Source: Macrostomum lignano (lineage: Eukaryota). From it: a stretch of DNA of 64,000 nucleotides. The stretch covers positions 1 through 64,000 of the forward strand of contig NIVC01000176.1 of NCBI GenBank assembly GCA_002269645.1, written 5' to 3'. Below are positions 8,612 to 17,226 of the stretch, one piece after another. Numbering within the stretch: the stretch's first letter is position 1; each line of letters begins with the position of its first letter. The notes under the pieces are model-generated. The model searched no databases and had not been told where the DNA came from. It saw only the letters and a list, made by a program, of their open reading frames with translations. The position numbers were made by a program, and so were the translations under genes.

Positions 8612-11600
8612 TTATTTGAATCCATGAGGATGTGTTATAATTCCATTGGATTCAATGTATCTTTTGTCATCGAAAGGACTAATAGCCTTCTTATTTTGTT
8701 CTATTAAAGTCATGTTATGCTTGTCTGATCTAAGGCTATACACTTTCCTATAGACTGGTTCGTTATAATCAAGTAGTATATTTCTATAGTCATCATATTG
8801 TACATGATGCTTCACTGTTGACTTTGAGATTCCCTTTAATTTTTTCTCTTCCTTCCCTTCCTTTTGAGTGCTGACATAAACTGTTTTAAATGAATATGCT
8901 TTCGATCTTAGAGCGGTTACTTCTGTCATTATGCAATCATATTTTGCCAATTCATCCTTGAATGTTCCCAGCTTTCCACAATTATTCATATCATGTAAAT
9001 CAATCGGAAAATTTTTAGTATACAGCGACAAATCGAAATGCTCCTTCATCTGAGCAATGTCTTTATAAATATTTTCTGTCTTTATATGAAGAATGAATGA
9101 GTCGGTGTCAGAGGTAACAATCTCAACATTATCCCCCCATTTGGACTTGAAAACTTTGTAAAATGTTTCATACATATGCAATTTCGAGAGATCCAGAATT
9201 GCTTGTCCAGCGTATGTTGGCTTTGTTCCAAGAGGGATATTCTTAGGTCGCTGGTGAATGCAAATTAGATTTTCATTGAAGATTTTGAAGTCTATGAAAT
9301 CTGGCTTGGATATTATCTTAGATATCTCATCCTCACTTGTCAGCAACTCAAATCGCTTTCTCTTTTTAACATCCTCCATTGTCTTGCCAAAGATGCTTAC
9401 ATTAAGCATTTTGAACTGATTGTCTTCGAACTCAATTTTTGCTTCTTTTGCCTTCTTTCTTTCTATCGTATTAAACTCGATATACTCCTTTAACCATGGC
9501 TTTTCATTGAATGAAATCGTCCTATGTACTTTTGTCACTTTCAAGCCCATCTCTTCATAGAATCGCAATAGCTTATGATGTACGATATATTTTGTTTTAT
9601 TTTTTAAATTAAGGATCAATTTAGGAACTTTTCCAATCTTTTTCATTTCGACTTCTAGACATCCTTTCTGATATTCACTCAATTCACTTTCTGACACAGT
9701 TGTACTTTCAGGTGCTAATGGGAAGGCATACGTTTTCTTTTTTGATTCTTTTGTATATTCAAGATCACATTCAACAAGACAGCCCCGTCCTTCAGGAGGA
9801 TTTTTATAATAGTTGGAATCAGCTTCCCATTTAAAGTCAGAAAAAGGAAGGGGTTCCAACATACTATAACCATAGAGATTTGTACAATCAACGTAAAGTA
9901 AGTAGGAAGTTGGTTTTTCTAAATCATAGCCTGGAAGATAAGGATTATTTGCCTTTACATATCGTGACCCTAGAACTCCGCTAAATCCACCTCTTATTCC
10001 ACTATCAATCATATGAATCATATCGATATCCGCCAGCAAGTCTAACTCAACTTTACTTTTCTTCAACCCAGCATTCCAACTCAATCCTGGTGCTGAGAAG
10101 CATCTGGCTGGATCAATCTCAAAGTGTTTCAGGAAGAATGTTCTATAGCGTTCGAATACATCTGCTAATAATAGAACGTCAACCTTAAGATACAGCATCA
10201 TATAATCCTCCAAATTCTTACAATTAAAAGTTTTCCACATTTGTTTTGCAAAATCATATTCATCTGAAGAAATGTCTTCACCTTTCAACCTCGAGTAAAA
10301 CTCTTTCAATGGTGGTAACTCAGTTTCTGCTAATCTTCCAAAGCTTCTGATATACTCATATGGGAATACACCCTTGCGCTTAACATATTGAAAATCGCTG
10401 TCGTTTTTAAAGTATTTCTTTGTTATGATGAAGTCTTCATCCTTCAGGGACTTTGCGCAGATATCCAGCGAGGAAGCCAAGAACCTGTATGAATCTAGGA
10501 ACCTCAGTACTACTTTGTTACATCCAAACTCGAGAGAAATGTACTCTTCAGAAGTTTTAGATAGTGGAGGAAATAATTTATCCTCCATGGTCTCTTTGCT
10601 CTTTAAGTGTGTCACTAAGAAGTGAAAGTCATAGTGGGATCCATTCTGGAAGTAGATTGGGATTACTCGCTTCTTACTCTCGAGAGCATTGCAGGATTTA
10701 CAGGCAGCCCCTCTATATTTGCCACTATAGTGACAATGTTCTCTTACCTTACCTAGCTTAAGTGTAAAGTCATTTTTACAATTCGCACATTTTTCAGCCC
10801 TGTAAAACTCTTTCCATTGTTGCTTTGTGATCTTATATTTACTTATATTATTGCTCTTGTTCAGACATTTTTTGCACCAAGATTCTATAGTAACTTTACT
10901 GTCAATTTCCTTCACATGCACCTTCATATCTGGAACCATATCAAACTCCTCGCATATGTAGCATTGTTTAGCCTTACAGTAAGAAGCCTCCTCTTGCGCT
11001 GTCAAATTATGATTAATATGCTTAGGCTCCTTCAGACCATTCTTAATTTGTTGATAAATTTCAACCATTCTATCAACATATTTTTCCTTGGCATCTGTGC
11101 CACAATATCCTTCATACTTCGATTTAATTACCTCGGGTAACTCAGAATGGATATAAAAACCGTAAGCTATTGCGTTCTGATTTGCTACTTTTAGAGTATA
11201 TGACTCTTTGTCTAAAATCTTAGTGAAGCTTTTACTTTGTGCTTCAATGGGTTCAGTTGTTGCTTCAAAGTCAGCATAGATAGCGATGGGTAGCTTTAGT
11301 TTGAATATATGATTCTTAAATTTCAGCTTCGATTCTTCCTTAGGTAATTTATAAAGACCGGGTGCATTTTTACCGCACAACCTTGAGTGCTCGGCCAACA
11401 CGTTTTCACTTGTGTAAACAGTCATGCATGTTCTGCATAAAAATGACTTGTGATTTACACGCTTTCCAGTTTGTTTTGAAACTAATGTTGTAAGATTTTT
11501 TATCAGACAATAATGAGTCTTACCATCTTCCTCCAGGTATAGTAAATCTACTACATAAGTTCGTTGATTATGAGGTGAGACATAGAGATGTTGTAGTGTA

Positions 11601-12436
11601 TCTGGGAATTTACCTTCATAATACAGCACATTAACAGCAAACTCTTCATTTAGTCTTTCAAACTTTTTTATATCTTTTATTCTCATGGGGAATTGGATAT
11701 CGGTGAGATTAAGTTCTTTTTCATATGGTTTATATTTTGACACTCGATAACCATCTTTATTTTGTGGATGTTTAACAGCTAATACACACCAGAGGAAGCA
11801 TTTCTCATCATCATTCTGAATGTTAAGAATTGATCGACATTTTTTAATTTCATTGTTAGTAAAGAAGGATCCTCCCTGAATGCTAGAAACCTTGGCAACT
11901 CTGATGTAGATAGATTTTATCTGCACAAAGACATTATCTGATCCCTTCTCACAGAACTCATCAATGAACTTTTCCAATGTCTCCTGTCTTTCGCTAAGGG
12001 CAGTGTCATACTGTGAATCTGACTGAATATTGTAGAATCCACTTTCATTGTCATAGACTGTGAATGGAGGAATGTCTTCGTTAAAATTCTTTTTGAATTC
12101 TAGTTCAAAATGCAAGTTGAACTTACTCCGTCCACCATCTCTAACTTTCTCTAACACTGCTTTAATTGCATCTTCATACTGAATAAAAACCTTTGTTATA
12201 TAACCTTCATTAACATTCCTAATGACATACTCTGAAATTTCTGACTTCTTATTATACTTCTCTCTAAAGGATTTATGTAGTATTATTTCATCACCAATCT
12301 GCGGAGCTGCCACTTCATCTTCTTTGGACTCCGCTATAGGCTCATTATCTGTGTGCTTTTGCTGCTGACGCCGAAACCGCTCAGCTTGAATGTATTGTTC
12401 AAATTCTTCATCACTCATCTTTCTGAGTTGTTCCAT
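8612..12436 (-). CDS. pPolB: Protein-primed family B DNA polymerase with N-terminal terminal-protein/vOTU region
   Basis: Intact 1274 aa. ExoI IYADFE, ExoII FQNGSHYDFHFL, ExoIII YLKVDVLLLADVF; polymerase motifs YVDCTNLYG, KMLNVSIFGK, TSDTDSF; endonuclease VII-like Zn insert (EHCHYSGKYRGAACKSCN). Confidence 0.97.
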   Translation of the reverse strand: MEQLRKMSDEEFEQYIQAERFRRQQQKHTDNEPIAESKEDEVAAPQIGDEIILHKSFREKYNKKSEISEYVIRNVNEGYITKVFIQYEDAIKAVLEKVRDGGRSKFNLHFELEFKKNFNEDIPPFTVYDNESGFYNIQSDSQYDTALSERQETLEKFIDEFCEKGSDNVFVQIKSIYIRVAKVSSIQGGSFFTNNEIKKCRSILNIQNDDEKCFLWCVLAVKHPQNKDGYRVSKYKPYEKELNLTDIQFPMRIKDIKKFERLNEEFAVNVLYYEGKFPDTLQHLYVSPHNQRTYVVDLLYLEEDGKTHYCLIKNLTTLVSKQTGKRVNHKSFLCRTCMTVYTSENVLAEHSRLCGKNAPGLYKLPKEESKLKFKNHIFKLKLPIAIYADFEATTEPIEAQSKSFTKILDKESYTLKVANQNAIAYGFYIHSELPEVIKSKYEGYCGTDAKEKYVDRMVEIYQQIKNGLKEPKHINHNLTAQEEASYCKAKQCYICEEFDMVPDMKVHVKEIDSKVTIESWCKKCLNKSNNISKYKITKQQWKEFYRAEKCANCKNDFTLKLGKVREHCHYSGKYRGAACKSCNALESKKRVIPIYFQNGSHYDFHFLVTHLKSKETMEDKLFPPLSKTSEEYISLEFGCNKVVLRFLDSYRFLASSLDICAKSLKDEDFIITKKYFKNDSDFQYVKRKGVFPYEYIRSFGRLAETELPPLKEFYSRLKGEDISSDEYDFAKQMWKTFNCKNLEDYMMLYLKVDVLLLADVFERYRTFFLKHFEIDPARCFSAPGLSWNAGLKKSKVELDLLADIDMIHMIDSGIRGGFSGVLGSRYVKANNPYLPGYDLEKPTSYLLYVDCTNLYGYSMLEPLPFSDFKWEADSNYYKNPPEGRGCLVECDLEYTKESKKKTYAFPLAPESTTVSESELSEYQKGCLEVEMKKIGKVPKLILNLKNKTKYIVHHKLLRFYEEMGLKVTKVHRTISFNEKPWLKEYIEFNTIERKKAKEAKIEFEDNQFKMLNVSIFGKTMEDVKKRKRFELLTSEDEISKIISKPDFIDFKIFNENLICIHQRPKNIPLGTKPTYAGQAILDLSKLHMYETFYKVFKSKWGDNVEIVTSDTDSFILHIKTENIYKDIAQMKEHFDLSLYTKNFPIDLHDMNNCGKLGTFKDELAKYDCIMTEVTALRSKAYSFKTVYVSTQKEGKEEKKLKGISKSTVKHHVQYDDYRNILLDYNEPVYRKVYSLRSDKHNMTLIEQNKKAISPFDDKRYIESNGIITHPHGFK

Positions 12437-12545
12437 TTTTTATAAAATAAATTTAGCAGGAAAATTATGTAATGACGTTATAAATTTATTGTGGCATCCA
12501 CAGGATTAAGCAATTAGAAATGTATAAGCGATATTACAATAGGCA

Positions 12546-12771
12546 GAAAAAGAACCAGATACTGCAGTATTCGATGTGAAAAAGCAACGAGCAAAAAAGA
12601 ACCAGATACTGCAGTATTCGATGTGAAAAAGCAACGAGCAAAAAAGAACCAGATACTGCAGTATTCGATGTGAAAAAGCAACGAGCAAAAAAGAACCAGA
12701 TACTGCAGTATTCGATGTGAAAAAGCAACGAGCAAAAAAGAACCAGATACTGCAGTATTCGATGTGAAAAA
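12546..12771. repeat. Five near-perfect 47-bp tandem repeats, each with a 12-bp palindrome ATACTGCAGTAT
   Basis: Palindromes start at 12559, 12606, 12653, 12700 and 12747; the array lies just upstream of the PolB start. Confidence 0.95.
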
Positions 12772-12832
12772 GAATAGTCAGCATAATGAGAGTCAGATGT
12801 TATGATTCACAACGCGCGCAATAAGATTTTCA

Positions 12833-13468
12833 TCAGATCAGAAGTGCATCTTCCTCCTCTTCCTCCAGCATCTCCAGGGCTTTCTCAGCGTACTTGATTA
12901 TAGAACGTAGGCGAAACAGTGAGATGCCACAACGCCACAGAATTGGATGTGCTGTGCTTAGACGAGCCACTCGGACTAAATAGTTCCCCCACGCGGACTT
13001 AAAGCGTAGTCTAGACAAAAATACTTTATACTCCTCGTCACTCAATGAAAGCTTCATTCTTATTAATATCTGACCAGACTTAATTCCATACTGCAAGCCC
13101 CGGCACTGTAGCTCGTTTATCATTTTATCAATGGAATTAAGTTCTGTAATTGCATCCTGAAATTGATACTCTCCGTCCATAAATTCATTAATCTCTCCCG
13201 GCTCTTGATGCTCCATCGAATCCCGCAGTATTTTAGCAGCTTCTGCTATTCGTTCCTTTGTCTTGTCCACTCTCTCCAATCTACCTCGAAAAGTTGGAAT
13301 AGCAAACTTCTTCCTATTAAATTTTCTAGCAACCTTGTTATATTCTCCTATCCATTTCTTACAATGCTTTAAATCCCCACTACAAAAAATCTCCTTGATA
13401 AGACTATCGAGGTCGGATTCGAATGATGCCATTGCTGCCTCCATACGGGATTCTAAAATGTAGGGCAT
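12833..13468 (-). CDS. Viral hypothetical protein, possible DUF3102-like helical DNA-binding domain
   Basis: 211 aa with viral base composition; segment GQILIRMKLSLSDEEYKVFLSRLRFKSAWGNYLVRVARL; acidic tail. Confidence 0.6.
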   Translation of the reverse strand: MPYILESRMEAAMASFESDLDSLIKEIFCSGDLKHCKKWIGEYNKVARKFNRKKFAIPTFRGRLERVDKTKERIAEAAKILRDSMEHQEPGEINEFMDGEYQFQDAITELNSIDKMINELQCRGLQYGIKSGQILIRMKLSLSDEEYKVFLSRLRFKSAWGNYLVRVARLSTAHPILWRCGISLFRLRSIIKYAEKALEMLEEEEEDALLI

Positions 13469-14181
13469 TATAACTATTTAGTATCAAAATCAACACAAGA
13501 ACAAAACTCTTATTTCTTACCTTTTCGTTGTTGCTGAGTTGTGTGATTTATATGTTCACTCTGTTTGCTTTAGTCTGTCTGATAAACGTGTGTTGTATTG
13601 CTTCCAAAACTAAAGCGGGTTTTTATCAAGCCACCTAAGCGACTTCTTACATGCGCACTGAGTCATGAAAATAGAAAAAAAACCAGCATGGCCGCTGCTT
13701 TAGAGTTATGGTTTATGAGGTGCTCAATTCCTGCTGCAGCATGCTGATATTCGAAACCTATTGATAAAGGAACAATAAATTCATGTTGACTCAACTGCTA
13801 AACTGTTAGGGTTAGGTAAGTTGCTTTGCTTCATTCTTGATGCGAAAAGCTAGAAAGAATGTTGAGTCATTCTGCTTTAAAGAAAAAAGGAACATAGTTT
13901 CTTTCAGTGTGCATTGTGCAGTGCGATGCCATGCATCTCAAGTAACTACAATTCTGACTCATGTGGATAGAATTTTTTCTGCATCTGGCATGAGCCTGCA
14001 AAGTTGCATTCCATTCACCCGGTGTCGCTTTCTCATTGGTTGTCATCAATGAGACACCAATGAGAATTGAGGTTATGCGCTGCTTTTGTATTTTCACATA
14101 ATATTAATACAGGAATGAATTTGGAAAGATGGCTGATAATTCTCTCCAAATTCATTGCAACAATAAAAAGCTTTAATAGAC

Positions 14182-14745
14182 ATGCCATCCCAAAAGGAAC
14201 TTCGCAAGAGATATAGGGATCATCGAAAGGAATTCGAACTCACAAAGCAAAAGATTCGAAGGCTCATGCCATTAACTATATTTGCAGATCTAGGTTCTGA
14301 GAGACTAATCAATAAGCTACAAGGTTTAGATACATTCAAGTCCTTTACGGAGGAGGATAAGCTCCTGAAGCTTCTGAAGGAAAATGTGGCAAAAAGAAAA
14401 AGCATGCAAGCTATTGCACTATCCTATCAAAACCAAGCTCAAGCCATGCAAGCGATTGGTGATTTGGATACTGAAGATGATAGCCTTCCACCACCCTATG
14501 AGATCGCTGCTGACAACCGAGGCACTGCTGACATCCAAGGCACTGCTGACATCCAAGGCGCTGCTGACAACCGAGGCACTGCTGACATCCAAGGCGCTGC
14601 TGACAACCGAGGCACTGCTGACATCCAAGGCACTGCTGACAACCGAGGCACTGCTGACATCCAAGGCACTGCTGACAACCGAGGCACTGCTGACATCCAA
14701 GGCACTGCTGACAACCGAGGCACTGCTGCTTCATCAGCTAACTAA
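14182..14745 (+). CDS. Viral hypothetical protein with PPPY motif and 6-aa repeat tail
   Basis: 187 aa; coiled-coil N-terminus, LPPPYE, then about 12 in-frame 18-bp units encoding AD(NR/IQ)G(T/A) at 14506-14725. Confidence 0.62.
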   Translation: MPSQKELRKRYRDHRKEFELTKQKIRRLMPLTIFADLGSERLINKLQGLDTFKSFTEEDKLLKLLKENVAKRKSMQAIALSYQNQAQAMQAIGDLDTEDDSLPPPYEIAADNRGTADIQGTADIQGAADNRGTADIQGAADNRGTADIQGTADNRGTADIQGTADNRGTADIQGTADNRGTAASSAN

Positions 14746-15060
14746 AACTAGATGATTGATGACTTGTGGCGATCATGGACTAATTTGTCAATATTAATAA
14801 ATTGCTCTAATGTTTTAATTTTGTTCTTCATAGGCGTTTGAGGACTTTTTGTTACTGTTTTAATAATCACTACTTTAATATTTAAAATACAAAACCATTA
14901 TTATTATTTGCATAAGTTATGCGAAGTGTATCCTAAAAACGGATTTTAAGGAGCTGTTATCTTTTTTAATTTTTTATAATTAATTTTCATTATAGCAATT
15001 TTGATTTACGTGAATTAGATTTAACTTTGTGTAATGGAAGCTGTCCTTGACCAATTTTTA

Positions 15061-15829
15061 GAGTTCCTGCGAGAGCCTATTTGACCATACGCTTCACTCA
15101 GTGTGGGTTTCGCACGACGTTAAAGCTGAGTCACAATATAAAAATTGCTTTGAGGAGAATTTCTCCTGCTATTTGTTCCATTTTTAAGATACATAATTTA
15201 GAAAAGGGTTAGTGAAATCGTCCGTAGGTAGGGTCGCGAGAGCATTGTTCGTTTGTAACTTGCGTGGCCCACTTCATGTCTTTTTTTACAGCTAGATAGA
15301 GGGTGAACACAAAAGATTTGCACGAGCCACTCCTATTGGATGCCAAAACCAAACACTTTTTGGCAGAAATTTTGGCAAAAATTTTGGTTTTGGCAGAAAT
15401 TTTGGCAGCCAATAGAAATGTTCAGTGCTGCGGTTATGTATAGTTAGTTTGGTGAGTTCCTGCGAGAGCCTATTTGACCATACGCTTCACTCAGTGTGGG
15501 TTTCGCACGACGTTAAAGCTGAGTCACAATATAAAAATTGCTTTGAGGAGAATTTCTCCTGCTATTTGTTCCATTTTTAAGATACATAATTTAGAAAAGG
15601 GTTAGTGAAATCGTCCGTAGGTAGGGTCGCGAGAGCATTGTTCGTTTGTAACTTGCGTGGCCCACTTCATGTCTTTTTTTACAGCTAGATAGAGGGTGAA
15701 CACAAAAGATTTGCACGAGCCACTCCTATTGGATGCCAAAACCAAACACTTTTTGGCAGAAATTTTGGCAAAAATTTTGGTTTTGGCAGAAATTTTGGCA
15801 GCCAATAGAAATGTTGAGTGCTGCGGTTA
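15061..15829. repeat. Two near-identical direct repeats of about 376 bp (period 393 bp)
   Basis: Copies at 15061-15436 and 15454-15829; the identical spurious ORFs 15209..15412 and 15602..15805 confirm the 393-bp offset. Confidence 0.93.
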
Positions 15830-16348
15830 GTGCTCTAGTAGTCGAGTATGCATGCCACGAAAAATTTAAATTAGCGCTCCATGTTCTTGAATGTCTTCTA
15901 TTATCTTTAAGTACAAATCTAGAACAGCATTAAAGCCATTTCAAAGCCTCGGGACAAAGCGAATGTGCAGGAGCAAATTATTGACTTTTGTAAAAGCATT
16001 GTATGCCTCGAGTGGACAATTTTTATGCATAGATGGTAGCTGACTGATCGTTAAAAGCAAAGCTAGTAAGATTGGCTTATTGAAGGGCGTTATGCAATGG
16101 GAGAAAAGACTATTATTAAATTTGATGCTAGTTTTGAAATGATGAAACCTGAAAATAGGTTATTTTAACCCACGAATCAAAAATTTCTTGTGGTTTTACT
16201 CACGAAATCGCGCAAAAAGCAATTTTTCGAAACTTTTGAAAAATCACTAAAATCACTGTTTTCAGACAATTTTCACCTGTTTTTAGTCGATTTTTATCTG
16301 TTTTTTGTGATTTTTCAAAATGGGTTGCGCTCAAACCTACTTTTCCTA

Positions 16349-16570
16349 TACTACTTCCCACAAATATCCCAAAATGCCATTGAAATCCCACAAATATCCC
16401 AAAATCCCATTAAAATCCCACAAATATCCCAAAATGCCATTGAAATCCCACAAATATCCCAAAATCCCATTAAAATCCCACAAATATCCCAAAATGCCAT
16501 TGAAATCCCACAAATATCCCAAAATGCCATTGAAATCCCGCAAATATCCCAAATTGCCATTGAAATCCTA
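16349..16570. repeat. 30-bp intronic minisatellite
   Basis: About 7 copies of cacaaatatcccaaaatgccattgaaatcc. Confidence 0.9.
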
Positions 16571-16588
16571 CAAAAAAAACTGACTCAC

Positions 16589-17101
16589 CAAGTTGACAAT
16601 CATATCCCACTGGCCGCCATCTTCAGCCGGATTGTGCAGCAGATGCTGCCACAGCCGGCCCTCGAGCGGCTCGCCCCGCATAGCGCAATCCAGATAGCAG
16701 TGCAGGAAGTAGTAGCCCCTCTCCAGCTTGTCCCAGAAGAACAGGTGACTCTGCGACAGCTCCAGCTCGGCCAGTCCCAGCTGCTTGGCCAGCGGGATTC
16801 GAACCAGATTCAAAGCGGCGAACAGCCAGCAGCGCCCGCTGCGCTTCTGATCGGTGACCGGCTTGATTTCGGCGGCGCTGTAGGCGAAGGCGCTGGTGCT
16901 GCTGAGCTGGTCAACCAGCCGACGGTCCAGAGCTACGTCGAACAGCTTATGCCGCTGGGTGGCCAGCTCGGACAGTTGCAGCTGACCGCTGGCCGAGAAT
17001 TGCGACTCCAGCTGGGCCAGCAGGTGGTTGGGAATGCCGGAGCATGATGGAGCGGCGTTTGACGACATGCTGTTGATTAGACTGTTGCTAGGGCAGCTCA
17101 T
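16589..17101 (-). CDS. BLMH: Bleomycin hydrolase (peptidase C1B), first coding exon
   Basis: VTDQKRSGRCWLFAALN (catalytic Cys), LSQSHLFFWDKLER, EDGGQWDMIVNL; donor TTG|GTGAGT at 16588. No downstream exon recognised in the window. Confidence 0.92.
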
Positions 17102-17226
17102 GAAGGTGAAGCGTAGCTTAACTTCAAGGCTTTGTATTTATACTTGGCGTTGTACTTTAGAACTCCAAAAATCTATCTCTGTATCTGTCCATGATTTCTA
17201 AAGTCCATTTCAAAACAATGGTATGA

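Larger units (their letters stand above)
1..15829. mobile_element. Endogenous Polinton/Maverick (adintovirus-like) dsDNA virus; left end outside window, right end not resolved
   Basis: Compact, AT-rich, nearly intronless gene block with the Polinton core set: rve integrase, major capsid, A32-like ATPase, minor capsid, adenain protease, protein-primed PolB. No terminal inverted repeat or TSD can be verified in the window; the right boundary is placed at the end of the 393-bp-period repeat. Confidence 0.95.

Noticed and set aside
12546-12771. 47-bp array, and also the 23-28-bp arrays, as CRISPR
   Set aside because: Units are head-to-tail with no unique spacers, there are no cas genes, and the context is eukaryotic.
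15209-15933. Short ORFs in the 393-bp-period repeat
   Set aside because: Identical duplicated frames with no protein-like features; by-products of the repeat.
15830-16190. Possible BLMH exon 2 or extra viral gene on the minus strand
   Set aside because: Translations after the candidate acceptor near 16150 show no C1B motifs and hit stops.
16190-17047. 285-aa plus-strand ORF
   Set aside because: Antisense shadow of the BLMH exon plus the 30-bp repeat.
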